In this document: piece by piece, positions 1-9,328 of the stretch
How positions within the stretch are numbered: position 1 is the stretch's first letter
Layout of the letters: each line of letters begins with the position of its first letter
Assembly (NCBI GenBank): GCA_023475035.1
Contig: JAMCXF010000006.1
Coordinates: forward strand, 1 to 41,434
Source: Candidatus Pacearchaeota archaeon
Lineage (GTDB): Archaea; Nanobdellota; Nanobdellia; Pacearchaeales; GW2011-AR1
Length of the DNA: 41,434 nt
Direction: 5' to 3'
Made by a program: the position numbers and the translations under genes
The notes under the pieces: generated by a model
What the model saw: the letters and a program-made list of their open reading frames with translations, nothing else
Told to the model about the DNA's origin: nothing
The model's database searches: none

Positions 1-20
1 CTGTAACCTGAAAAAAATAA

Positions 21-140
21 ATAAAATATAATGCAGAAGTAGCAATAAAAAAAGCAGGAGCAAAAAGTAATTTAGAAAATTTATGTGATTTGGAAGAATT
101 TTTGATTGAAAAAGGATTTTCAGAAAAAAAGGTTGAGTGA
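21..140 (+). pseudogene. C-terminal remnant of a paralog of the downstream hypothetical protein
   Basis: Frame 21-140 reads IKYNAEVAIKKAGAKSNLENLCDLEEFLIEKGFSEKKVE*, similar to the C-terminus of 146..493 (YKTKVEIKKKG...ELCDLEKFLIKNDF). In-frame TAA at 18-20, and the other two + frames also close before position 32. Confidence 0.55.
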
Positions 141-145
141 CGAAC

Positions 146-493
146 ATGACTGTAAAAAAAGTTATTTATTCACGGGAATATATTCCTAAATTAGATTCAA
201 AAATATTAGGAATTTGGCCTGATTATATAACAAGTAATGAAGATTTAAAGTTAAGAGATTTGTTAATAAAAAAATTCGGAGGTATTGAGAATATGGAAGA
301 CAGAATAGGAAATTATGAAGGATTTGATGGAAAGACTATCTATAACTTTCATATTGACGGACATGCTTTTGATAAAGAGCCTTATAAAACAAAAGTCGAG
401 ATTAAGAAGAAAGGGGATGAAGAAGTGATTAATAATGAATTATGTGATTTGGAAAAATTCCTGATTAAAAACGATTTTATACGCGAAGATTAA
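146..493 (+). CDS. hypothetical protein
   Basis: ORF 137..493 with a likely ATG at 146; paralogous to the upstream remnant; no recognisable motif. Confidence 0.7.
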   Translation: MTVKKVIYSREYIPKLDSKILGIWPDYITSNEDLKLRDLLIKKFGGIENMEDRIGNYEGFDGKTIYNFHIDGHAFDKEPYKTKVEIKKKGDEEVINNELCDLEKFLIKNDFIRED

Positions 494-1713
494 AATAATT
501 TTTCTTGCATTTCACCTGTCATTGCTTTTCCATATTCACCGTCATATCCTGGCTGGATTTTTATTTTTCCTTCTCTGTTTTTTAAAATTAAGTCAATAAG
601 TTTCTCTCCAACATCTTTTTTTTCAAGTTCTTCTCTTGAAACATTTAATAGTATATTGAATTCATTTCCAAAAATTTCAATTAAAGAGTTATATAAATTC
701 CAGCAACTTTTGGTTTCTATTGCAGTGCCAAGGAATAGCGAAATAATTTCCTGTAAAGGAAGGATTTCGTAAAAGAATTTTGCATTTTCTATTTTGTGTC
801 CTTCGGGAAATGACGCAAGTTGCCCGACTCTGTTATCAACACCAATGGTAAGTAATTTTTTGCATACAGGACAAATTCCGTTTAAATTTCTGCTTTCTTC
901 AGGAGAACATGAAAAATTGCAGTTCCTGTGTCCATCCCAGTGATATTTTCCGTAAGAAGGATCTGTCTCAATAGTTCCAATAAAAGTTTTATTTCGAATC
1001 TGATTAATTATTTCCTGATACGAATCTGCTTTTTGAAAAATTGTAGCCTCTCTTCCTAATCTGAATGGCCAGAAACTATGTGCATCAGAAAAGCTGACGA
1101 TTGCTTTGTCGCCAAGCTCTTTTATTCTCCAATTCATTTCAGGATCAGAAGACATTCCTGTTTCAATTGCATGTATGTTTTCAATTTGTTCCTTGAAACA
1201 TTCTTTTAGAGAATCAAATCCTGACATGCTTCCAAAAATTCCAAACCAAGGTGTCCAGATATGTGCAGGAATTATTTCTATGTCCTCAGAAATTTTCATC
1301 ATTTCTCTTACAAATTCATCTCCAGGGATGCTGAATATAGGTCTTCCATCATAATCTCTTCTCCCTCTTGTATCAAGGTATAAATTAATTTTTTCAGCAG
1401 TTTCAATGTTTGGAACAAGAAGCACAAGGTGGATTCTTCTTCCGCGAGTTTGCGTGTATACTAAAGAGATTTCTCCTGTGATAATAAAAGGAAAATCGCC
1501 AAGATAATAAAAACCATTTTCTTCCCGCAATTTTTCTTTTATTTCTTTTAGCCATAAAGGATGAGTAAAATCTCCTGTCCCCAGTAGATTAAGTCCTTTT
1601 ATTTTAGCCCATTTGACAAGGTTTTCAAAGGTAATGTTAGTGCTGCACGCTCTGGAAAATCTTGAATGAATATGCAAATCAACAAAAAGAATTTCATTAA
1701 AGTTTAATTTCAT
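490..1713 (-). CDS. endonuclease Q family protein (PHP domain + Zn finger)
   Basis: PHP motifs DLHIHSRFS, GTGDFTHP, PAHIWTPW and SDAHS; GKYHWDGHR..C..C and CPVC zinc ligands; C-terminal PGYDGEYG. Confidence 0.9.
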   Translation of the reverse strand: MKLNFNEILFVDLHIHSRFSRACSTNITFENLVKWAKIKGLNLLGTGDFTHPLWLKEIKEKLREENGFYYLGDFPFIITGEISLVYTQTRGRRIHLVLLVPNIETAEKINLYLDTRGRRDYDGRPIFSIPGDEFVREMMKISEDIEIIPAHIWTPWFGIFGSMSGFDSLKECFKEQIENIHAIETGMSSDPEMNWRIKELGDKAIVSFSDAHSFWPFRLGREATIFQKADSYQEIINQIRNKTFIGTIETDPSYGKYHWDGHRNCNFSCSPEESRNLNGICPVCKKLLTIGVDNRVGQLASFPEGHKIENAKFFYEILPLQEIISLFLGTAIETKSCWNLYNSLIEIFGNEFNILLNVSREELEKKDVGEKLIDLILKNREGKIKIQPGYDGEYGKAMTGEMQEKLF

Positions 1714-1764
1714 GAATAAGAATAATAAAATTAATTAATAAAGATTATTATAAAAAATAAAAAA

Positions 1765-3543
1765 TTATTTTCGTTTCTTCTTCCCTAAAACAACTCCGCC
1801 GCCAATTATTGCAGCAAGAATAACTGCTCCTATGACTATCCAAACCCATAAAGGTATTGCTGTTGGTTCAGGAGTTGGAGTAGGTGTTGGTGTTTCTCCT
1901 CCAGATACTACTGCTGTAGATGCTGGAGCAATTCCAAAGTAGCTGAAACTTGTTACTTCAGAAGTGTAGTAGTAATAAGTAGCATCTTCGCTGGCATAAG
2001 TTGTTGTAAGTTCATTCCATTGGTCTGCTACTTCATCATATTTGTATAGAGATACATCTTCTTTAGCAATCCCTTGTGAATCAACCCAAGACTTTTCAAC
2101 ATAAGTTTTTACTGTTGCTTTGCTTAATTTATCAGCCAAATTCTGAGTATTAATCTGCAGGTATTTGTAAGCATTATCTAATGTAACTGTAACAGCTGCA
2201 GGTGCAGATTCATATTTATTTACAGTAATCTTAACGTTACTTGCAGTTGAAGTTACCTGTACTTGAATTTCCGAAACACCAGAGCCACTTGCAAAGTTGC
2301 TTACAGTTGCTGGACTAGCAGCAGTTATCTGACTAACAGTGCTTACTGAAGTTGTCGAAGTTCCCCCAGATGTTCCTCCTGATGAGCCACCAGAAGTTGT
2401 GGTTCCCCATACAGTATATGTAGCTGTAGCAGTTCCAGTATTTCCTGCATAATCGCTAAAGTAACAAGTTTGAGTAATCTCTCCTGAATCTGTTGTTGTA
2501 GGAGTTGCATTGTAAACCTTACCAGAAGTTCCTCTTGAAAGATTTAATCCTGAAAGACCATCTGTAGCAGTACATGCACAAGTAACAGTGCCACCAATGT
2601 AAATATCATCAGTAGGAGTACATGTGAGAGTTCCGCTTGGTGCGGTATTATCAAATGTCAAGTTACCAACAGATATTGAATTGTTAATGTTTCCTCCACC
2701 ATCTCTTACCCAGGCAGTAATGTTATAATTAACTCCATCAGCAATACCGCTGGTATCTAAACTGTAAGACCAGTAATTATTAGATGTCGAAAGATTTGTA
2801 GCTGCATAAGTTGCAACTTGTGACCCGCTCATATTTGTAAGATTGAATATAACACTCATATTTGTGGTAATACCCATATCCTTAGCAGTGACATTTAATA
2901 GTAAATTTCCAGACCAATTTGAGTGAGATATGAAATATCCATCTGAATCATATATTGAAAAATTAACCATATAAGGAGCTATACTATCATTAACTACCAC
3001 AGTAACATTTGTTTCATTATATAATAAATTAGTAAATGCTTCTGAACGGTCGTAAATAAATCTAACTGTAATGTTATATTTACCAGGAGTTCCTGCTGTT
3101 AAATTGAACCATAAGAAAGTATAGTTGCTATGTCCTGTAGAGTTAATAAGGGATGTATCAGCAGTTGTTGCATTCCAACTTAATTGGTCAGCAGTGTTCG
3201 AAAAGTAAATAGGAGTCGTTGTACTGATGTTTCCTGTACCGTTTGATCCAGCAGTGAAGTTAAAAAATCCCCAAAGAGTAATGTTAATTCTTGTTATATT
3301 TTTCATTCCAGAAATATGGCTTATACTAAAATTGTAAATGTAAGTAACATTTTGATTAGCTGAGATGATATTTTCATCTGTAAAATTAAATTGTGAACCA
3401 GATCTATTAGTAACATTGATAGTTCCAATAACTGTTCCTGCAATTACAAATTGAGAAATGAAAATAATAGAAAGAGCTAATCCGCAGATAAGAACAAAAT
3501 CAATTAGATTTTTTCTGCTTACCCCTTTTTTATTCATCACCAT
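1765..3543 (-). CDS. cell-surface glycoprotein with PGF-pre-PGF-like domain and C-terminal membrane anchor
   Basis: N-terminal hydrophobic signal; about 30 N-x-S/T sequons; Gly/Ser/Thr linker; domain ending YYYTSEVTSFSYFGI; PTPTPTPEP spacer; TM helix followed by KKKRK. Confidence 0.8.
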   Translation of the reverse strand: MVMNKKGVSRKNLIDFVLICGLALSIIFISQFVIAGTVIGTINVTNRSGSQFNFTDENIISANQNVTYIYNFSISHISGMKNITRINITLWGFFNFTAGSNGTGNISTTTPIYFSNTADQLSWNATTADTSLINSTGHSNYTFLWFNLTAGTPGKYNITVRFIYDRSEAFTNLLYNETNVTVVVNDSIAPYMVNFSIYDSDGYFISHSNWSGNLLLNVTAKDMGITTNMSVIFNLTNMSGSQVATYAATNLSTSNNYWSYSLDTSGIADGVNYNITAWVRDGGGNINNSISVGNLTFDNTAPSGTLTCTPTDDIYIGGTVTCACTATDGLSGLNLSRGTSGKVYNATPTTTDSGEITQTCYFSDYAGNTGTATATYTVWGTTTSGGSSGGTSGGTSTTSVSTVSQITAASPATVSNFASGSGVSEIQVQVTSTASNVKITVNKYESAPAAVTVTLDNAYKYLQINTQNLADKLSKATVKTYVEKSWVDSQGIAKEDVSLYKYDEVADQWNELTTTYASEDATYYYYTSEVTSFSYFGIAPASTAVVSGGETPTPTPTPEPTAIPLWVWIVIGAVILAAIIGGGVVLGKKKRK

Positions 3544-3560
3544 CTTTTATGTAACTAACC

Positions 3561-3579
3561 TCTATATCTAAGATATAGA
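3561..3579. promoter_or_regulatory. perfect palindrome, candidate operator of the surface-protein gene
   Basis: TCTATATCT-A-AGATATAGA (9+1+9) lies between a TATA-like TTTATAAA near 3589-3596 and the ATG at 3543. Confidence 0.5.
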
Positions 3580-3715
3580 ATTTTACCCTTTATAAATGTT
3601 TTTTTTTCAGGAAAAATTATTTGCAGAAAAAATTTCAGTAAATATTATTTTTCCGTCGGTGAAAAATATTTTTGGGAACGAATAAATTTTTAAATGCAAA
3701 AATCTCTGAACAATT

Positions 3716-4198
3716 ATGAAAGAAGAAAGAACATTAATTTTGATAAAACCCGACGGGCTTGTTAAAAGTTTAACAGGTAATATTATTTCAATGTTATCCG
3801 AAGCTAAACTAAAAATCGTTGGTGCAAAAATTGTGAAAGTTTCAAAAGAGCTTGCAGAAAAACATTACGGAGATTTAAAAAATAGTCTTATAAAAAAATT
3901 CGGCGAGGAAAAGGGAAAGCTTGTCTTCGAGAATACATTAGAATATCTTCAGGGAAAATTTCACACTGACAGAGTTTTAGCGATGGTGTATAAAGGAAAA
4001 GATGCCGTCAAAAAAATACGGGAACTTGCAGGAGAAACAAATCCTGAAAAAGCGCCTCCGACGTCAATTAGAGGAAAATACGGAAGAATCCATTCAGAAA
4101 CAAAAGTTTTCGAGAATGTAATTCACTGTTCTGATTCTCCTGAAAATGCCGAGAGAGAAATTGCGTTGTGGTTTAAGAAAGATGAAGTTGTAGAATAA
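3716..4198 (+). CDS. ndk: nucleoside diphosphate kinase
   Basis: ERTLILIKPDG, GETNP..APPTSIRG, and the catalytic His motif NVIHCSDS. Confidence 0.95.
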   Translation: MKEERTLILIKPDGLVKSLTGNIISMLSEAKLKIVGAKIVKVSKELAEKHYGDLKNSLIKKFGEEKGKLVFENTLEYLQGKFHTDRVLAMVYKGKDAVKKIRELAGETNPEKAPPTSIRGKYGRIHSETKVFENVIHCSDSPENAEREIALWFKKDEVVE

Positions 4199-4390
4199 TT
4201 ATAATTCCTTTTCTAGTTTAGATGAATAATCATATTTCCAGCAATCATAAAATTTAGGGCAATCAGAGTAGCAGGTATCTGAATCAGAAAGACAACAAGG
4301 TGCAATAACACTTTTTGTTTTGTCAGATAAATCCCTTTTCATCTCTTCCAATTCTTCATTAGTTCTTTCCCTATAATTATTTTCTGACAT
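4199..4390 (-). CDS. small Cys-rich hypothetical protein
   Basis: ATG at 4390 directly after the radA stop; C-terminal CC..CYSDCPKFYDCW. Confidence 0.55.
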   Translation of the reverse strand: MSENNYRERTNEELEEMKRDLSDKTKSVIAPCCLSDSDTCYSDCPKFYDCWKYDYSSKLEKEL

Positions 4391-4391
4391 T

Positions 4392-5399
4392 TTATTTATC
4401 GTCTTCGTCGACAACTCCTTTTTCAGTCACAAAGAAAACGCATTCGTTGTCCGGAAGATTTGGCGAATCAATTAATTTTGAAACTCTGCTTCCCTGCTTC
4501 CCTCTTCTCAAATACATTCTGTAAGTTGAAGCGTGTCCGACAATGTTCCCACCAACAGCTGTCGTAGGGTCTCCGAACATTTGTGCAGGATTAGCCATTA
4601 CCTGATTTGTTACATAAATAGCAATATTATGTTTCTCACAAAGACTCATCAGGTTATGTAAATATTTATTCAGCTTGTGCTGTCTGTCTGCTAATTCTCC
4701 TCTTCCTGTAAACTCTGCTCTGAAATGTGCAGTCAGAGAGTCAACTATCAAAAGTTTGATTGGTTCTCCGTTGGTTATCATTTCAGAAATTTTTTCCAGC
4801 AATAAAATTTGGTGGTCTGAATTAAATGCTCTCGCAACAAAAATGTTTTTCAAAACTTTTTCAGGATTTGCTCCGATTCCCTCGGCAATTTGTTTTATTC
4901 TCGCAGGTCTGAATGTTCCTTCTGTGTCGATGAAAACACATTTCCCGTTTGCTCCTCCGCTTTCAACAGGAAGCTGAACTCTGACTGCTAATGTCAAACC
5001 AAGCTGAGTTTTCCCGCTGCCAAAAGCGCCGTAAGCTTCAGTTATTGATTTTGTTTCAATTCCCTTTCCCCCCAGAAGATTGTTCAGGCTTAAACTTCCT
5101 GTCGTTATATGCATAATATCTTCTCTCCTCTTTTCAAACTCTGTTCCGTCGACAAAACCCAAATCAAGCATTTTTCTTGCAGCCTGAATTGCTTTTCTCG
5201 CAACTGCTTCCCCGACTCCTGCCTTGTCAGCAAGAGTAGCAGTGCTGGTGACAGCAAGACTCATCAAGTCATAGATTCCTGCAGCCTCAAGTTTCGCAGC
5301 AACAGCAGGCCCAATTCCAGGCAAGTCTGTTAACTGTGGCTCTTTTCCCTCTTTAATTACCACCTCTTTGTCCTCTTCTTCCTCAGACTTTTTTGCCAT
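4392..5399 (-). CDS. radA: DNA repair and recombination protein RadA
   Basis: N-terminal HhH (DLPGIGP), Walker A GAFGSGKT, IDTEGTFRP, LLIVDSL..FRAEF.GRGEL..RQ, GGNIVGHAST. Confidence 0.96.
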   Translation of the reverse strand: MAKKSEEEEDKEVVIKEGKEPQLTDLPGIGPAVAAKLEAAGIYDLMSLAVTSTATLADKAGVGEAVARKAIQAARKMLDLGFVDGTEFEKRREDIMHITTGSLSLNNLLGGKGIETKSITEAYGAFGSGKTQLGLTLAVRVQLPVESGGANGKCVFIDTEGTFRPARIKQIAEGIGANPEKVLKNIFVARAFNSDHQILLLEKISEMITNGEPIKLLIVDSLTAHFRAEFTGRGELADRQHKLNKYLHNLMSLCEKHNIAIYVTNQVMANPAQMFGDPTTAVGGNIVGHASTYRMYLRRGKQGSRVSKLIDSPNLPDNECVFFVTEKGVVDEDDK

Positions 5400-5540
5400 A
5401 AGAAAAATATTCGTCTTCGGTTTATAAAGATTATTTGGATTTCAGACATATATTGGAGAATTAGAATAACTTATAAAGGAAAAACAAAACTTGCTATGTT
5501 AAATATAAATCTTTATAAATAATAATTTTTCAAAGAAAAT

Positions 5541-5996
5541 ATGAAATATTCATTAAACGAAATCTTGAGAAGGGTAATCAAAGACGAAAATCATAAAGAA
5601 ACAGGAATTTGGAGATTAGATTCAGACTACAGAGGGGGAAAATTGAATATCCAAGTCGAAGGTTCAGAAAAATTAAATGAAAAATATTTTGTAAGTAGTT
5701 ATATGACTTATAATTATTATAACGATAAAAAATTTTATGATGAATTTATAAAAGAATTTGGAAATCTGAAAATAGAAACTTCACAAATTAGAGGAATGGG
5801 ATATTTCCCGACAATTGCAGGATATGAAGCAATTGTTTCAAATTTGAAAACATTAAATCCTGATTATTTAATATTTAAAATGCCTGTTCAGGAAAAAGCT
5901 CCTTCAGGGAAAATAATAATTCCACAGGGAAAAAATGAAGTGTTCACAAATTTAATGATAGACATTGCTAATTTCTTGGAACAAAAATACAAATAA
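5541..5996 (+). CDS. hypothetical protein
   Basis: 151-aa ORF with TATA-like TTTATAAA about 25 bp upstream. Confidence 0.7.
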   Translation: MKYSLNEILRRVIKDENHKETGIWRLDSDYRGGKLNIQVEGSEKLNEKYFVSSYMTYNYYNDKKFYDEFIKEFGNLKIETSQIRGMGYFPTIAGYEAIVSNLKTLNPDYLIFKMPVQEKAPSGKIIIPQGKNEVFTNLMIDIANFLEQKYK

Positions 5997-6944
5997 CTAA
6001 TTTGATTCTAATTCATTAATCAGAGAATCAGCATCTATGAGTTCAATTCCTCCGATTATAAACTCAGGAGTGTTGAACATTTTATTGTTTCTCATTGCGC
6101 CGTGAAAAATCATTTCTTTTCCAAGAAGATTTTCTTTTTGCACCATTAGTTCGCTTGGATTTTCCAGTTCAGTGATTCCCAAATCTTTTAGATTGTCGTG
6201 AAAGGATACAGCTCTTATTGTTTCTGTTCCGTCATCAAGAATCACATTCATTAATGCTCTTTTTTCTCCTGCAACTTTCCCGTGTTCAGCACAGGTAAAA
6301 TTTCCATTTTCCTGAATTGCTTTTTTCCTGCAGGTAGGGCATACATAAAAAAATCTCGGCTCAAAAGACTGGACAACAAAAGCTCTGACTTTCGCATTGT
6401 CTAAATTTTTCAGTTCAGAAATTTTTTTCATTCTGAAAACTTTTTCATTATTGACTTCTCCAATTACAGCATTTGTTATTTTAAGTTCAGAAAAGCTCCC
6501 TAAATGTAATTCGTTTTCTCTCATTGCACCATTCACAATTTCAACAACAATACCTTCCCCTATTTTCCCCGTCTCAAGAAGAGAGATGTGATTTGTGTCC
6601 CACAAAACAACTTTTATGTTTGAAGTATCATCAGCAATGAATAAATTTGCAACTTTTCCGTCATCGCCTTTTTTCGTCTTGAATGTTCTTACAGGAGAAG
6701 TTCCCATTATCTTTCCTACAGTATTCACCTTTCTCATTCCGGGAAGAAGTTCTTCTATTTTCAGTGTTTCATTGTCAAAAGATATTCCAAGTTCTGCAGC
6801 TACAACCTGTGCTGCCCCTTCTCTGCTGATTAATCCTGAAAGTTTTGCTCGTTTAGCCTCGATTCTTCTTTCAATCTCATCTTTTTCAACCCCTGCTTTT
6901 TTAGAAATCTTTTCGACAATCCTGTCATAATTTTCCACCACCAT
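5997..6944 (-). CDS. replication protein A-like ssDNA-binding protein (OB folds + Zn finger)
   Basis: LSGLISREGAAQVVAAELG N-terminus; OB motifs IADDTSNIKVVLWD and LDDGTETIRAV; CPTC..CAEH zinc site. Confidence 0.85.
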   Translation of the reverse strand: MVVENYDRIVEKISKKAGVEKDEIERRIEAKRAKLSGLISREGAAQVVAAELGISFDNETLKIEELLPGMRKVNTVGKIMGTSPVRTFKTKKGDDGKVANLFIADDTSNIKVVLWDTNHISLLETGKIGEGIVVEIVNGAMRENELHLGSFSELKITNAVIGEVNNEKVFRMKKISELKNLDNAKVRAFVVQSFEPRFFYVCPTCRKKAIQENGNFTCAEHGKVAGEKRALMNVILDDGTETIRAVSFHDNLKDLGITELENPSELMVQKENLLGKEMIFHGAMRNNKMFNTPEFIIGGIELIDADSLINELESN

Positions 6945-7035
6945 TTCAAGAAAAAATTATCAATGTTTTTAAGTATTTTCGTGGAAAGGAATATGATTAC
7001 TAAAAATTTATAAACAATCTTTTTTTCCCTAATTT

Positions 7036-7311
7036 ATGGCAATCGCAGCAGTAAAAATTAAAATTATGCCGACTTCTCCAGATGCAGATCTAAGTCAGAT
7101 TGAAGAAAGTGCAAAAGGTATAATCGAAGGACTAGAAGGCAAAAACTGCACTTTTACAGAAGAGTCAATTGCATTCGGGTTAAAAGCAATAATTGTAACT
7201 TTTGCTTGGCCAGAAGAGATTGAGCTTGAAGAACTGGAAAATGAATTGGGCAGTATTGAAGAAGTTAATTCTGTTCAGGTAATGGATATAAGACGAGCAT
7301 TTGGCTCATAG
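7036..7311 (+). CDS. ef1b: archaeal translation elongation factor 1-beta
   Basis: KIMPTSPDADL, IAFGLKA, EEVNSVQV; 91 aa. Confidence 0.92.
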   Translation: MAIAAVKIKIMPTSPDADLSQIEESAKGIIEGLEGKNCTFTEESIAFGLKAIIVTFAWPEEIELEELENELGSIEEVNSVQVMDIRRAFGS

Positions 7312-7372
7312 TGAAAAATGATTATTAATAGGCTGATGAGTCAAGTGGGAGCAGGGGCATTTGGTTCTTAAA

Positions 7373-7681
7373 ATGAAAGATATAGTTGATGGAATGGATT
7401 CTAAATGGAAGAAAAAGACTCTTGAGAATTTAACAGAAATATTATTTAGACAGAATCTACTAATTAAAGACGCAGTAATTTGCGGAAGATTAAGTATAAC
7501 AGAAGATACAAATCTTTCAGAAGATCTGAAATTAAATGAAAAAGAAAGAGAAGAATATACTTATGCAGTATTAATGCAAACTCTCAGGCATTACCATCCT
7601 GACAAAAGGCTAAAAAAAATAAAAACAATCGGCGATTATATGAATTATCTGGCAAAAGAAGAGATTATGAATCGGAGATAA
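7373..7681 (+). CDS. hypothetical protein
   Basis: ORF 7361..7681 with first ATG at 7373; no motif recognised. Confidence 0.6.
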   Translation: MKDIVDGMDSKWKKKTLENLTEILFRQNLLIKDAVICGRLSITEDTNLSEDLKLNEKEREEYTYAVLMQTLRHYHPDKRLKKIKTIGDYMNYLAKEEIMNRR

Positions 7682-7711
7682 TTATAAAAAATCGTTCTTC
7701 CAATATTTAAC

Positions 7712-8362
7712 ATGCTCTCAGAAGAAGAAACAGAAGAGATAAAGAAAAAAATTACTTCTCACATAGAAACTAATTTTCCTCCTGAACAGATTTTGTCTGC
7801 AAGAAGTCAGATTGAATCAATGAATTCTGAACAGCTTGAAAAATTTCTTGAAAAGAATAATATAATGATGTCTGACGAGAAAAAAGATGAATGTGTTTTC
7901 TGCGCAATTGCTTCAGGAAAAATAGGCTCTGTAAAAATAGGGGAAAATGAAAAGGCAATTGCAGTCCTTGACATAAACCCAATTTCAAAAGGGCATTCTA
8001 TGGTAATTCCGTTCGAGCATAATGACGTCGCTCCAAAAGAAGCAATGAGTCTTGCAGAAAAAATTTCCAAGGAGATAAAGAAAAAATTTTCACCGAAGAA
8101 TGTGGAATTTTCAAAATCAAAATTATTCGGGCATGAAGTTATAAATATACTTCCGGTTTACAAAGATGAAGATTTTAATTCAGAAAAATCGCATGCAAGT
8201 ATGGAAGAACTTGAAAAAATAAAAGAGGAATTAGAAAAAGAAGAAAAAGAGGAAGAAGAAAACAGCCGTGAGCAGAATTTTAAAGGGAAGTTTACAAAAG
8301 AAACCGATAAGGTGTCTTTTGAAGAAGAGAAATTTTTATGGTTGCCAAAAAGAATTCCATAA
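7712..8362 (+). CDS. HIT-family protein with N-terminal helical extension and degenerate histidine triad
   Basis: CVFCAI, LDINPISKGHSMVIP.EH; HxHxH is replaced by HEVIN. Confidence 0.8.
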   Translation: MLSEEETEEIKKKITSHIETNFPPEQILSARSQIESMNSEQLEKFLEKNNIMMSDEKKDECVFCAIASGKIGSVKIGENEKAIAVLDINPISKGHSMVIPFEHNDVAPKEAMSLAEKISKEIKKKFSPKNVEFSKSKLFGHEVINILPVYKDEDFNSEKSHASMEELEKIKEELEKEEKEEEENSREQNFKGKFTKETDKVSFEEEKFLWLPKRIP

Positions 8363-9181
8363 ACTAATTTGCAGAATTTCGAAAATAATAAAAATAATAA
8401 GGCTTATCAGGAAAACAGGAGAAAAAGGAATTCCTTCTCTTATTCTCACTTCCTTGAATTTCCCCATTATTTCTTTTATCTCTCTTTTTGTTACCCCATC
8501 CCATTTTGCTTTTATCATTTTCTTTCCAATTTTCAAATCAGAATAAAGCCAGTCTCCCTCGCGAAGATTTTTTGTTTTTATTTTTCTGATTATGCACGTT
8601 TCATCAACTGCCTTTGAATATATGTAAAGATAAGAGACAATAAAAATCATTACTCCAAGCACTAAGAATAATTTTTCAAAAAATCCTATGATAACAAGAA
8701 TGATGCTTGCAAGAATAATCAGACACATTATTTTTTTATTTTTCCTTAGCAGAACAAAAAATTCTTTTTTGAAAGCTCTGAAATTTTTGGCGCATAAATA
8801 AATGCTTGTTATTATAGTGTATAAAAATCCTACCGACAGGAATATCAAAATAAAATTAAAAAAGGAAGAAAAAATTGCAGACATCATCGGAGGAGCGAGA
8901 ACTGCTCCCAGTCCAATCATTAATTTGGCATCACCGCCTGCAAAAACTCTCGAATAATAAAGAACATTCCCCAAAACAAAAAATACCCCAAAACCAATAA
9001 GCCCGCTGTAAAAAAATTCAAAATCCGCATTAAATAATGAAAAGAAAAATCTGAACCCTAATGCAAATATTATAAGTGCGAAACTAATCCAGTTATCAAT
9101 TTCTTTTGTTTTCAAATCCTGTATTACAGCGAATACAATAAATAGTAATCCCAGAAGCCATAAAAAAATCACCTCATACAT
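8336..9181 (-). CDS. A24-family prepilin/preflagellin peptidase
   Basis: Multi-TM; QDLKTKEI (first Asp), AGGDAKL (second Asp), LREGDWL and C-terminal GIPFSP; located at the end of the pilin cluster. Confidence 0.9.
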   Translation of the reverse strand: MYEVIFLWLLGLLFIVFAVIQDLKTKEIDNWISFALIIFALGFRFFFSLFNADFEFFYSGLIGFGVFFVLGNVLYYSRVFAGGDAKLMIGLGAVLAPPMMSAIFSSFFNFILIFLSVGFLYTIITSIYLCAKNFRAFKKEFFVLLRKNKKIMCLIILASIILVIIGFFEKLFLVLGVMIFIVSYLYIYSKAVDETCIIRKIKTKNLREGDWLYSDLKIGKKMIKAKWDGVTKREIKEIMGKFKEVRIREGIPFSPVFLISLIIFIIFEILQISLWNSFWQP

Positions 9182-9210
9182 AATATAAAATAGGAAATTT
9201 GATTTAAAAA

Positions 9211-9324
9211 TTATGCCTTAACTTCTGTTCCCCTATACTTTCCGCCAGCTCTGTAAGGATGTTTTTTCTTTTCTTTCTTCTTAACTTTTTTCTTGTTCCT
9301 TTTTTCAGAGAATCCGTAATCCAT
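9211..9324 (-). CDS. small basic protein (37 aa; not in ORF track)
   Basis: MDYGFSEKRNKKKVKKKEKKKHPYRAGGKYRGTEVKA*; the ATG lies 4 nt after the upstream stop and the ORF fills the gap. Confidence 0.6.
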   Translation of the reverse strand: MDYGFSEKRNKKKVKKKEKKKHPYRAGGKYRGTEVKA

Positions 9325-9328
9325 CTTA

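Noticed and set aside
2330..2410. Gly/Ser/Thr repeats in the surface protein as a repeat element
   Set aside because: An ordinary low-complexity linker with varied codons.
7318..7380. CTGATGAG resembling a hammerhead core or C/D box RNA
   Set aside because: No stem II closing before a GAAA, and no properly spaced D box.
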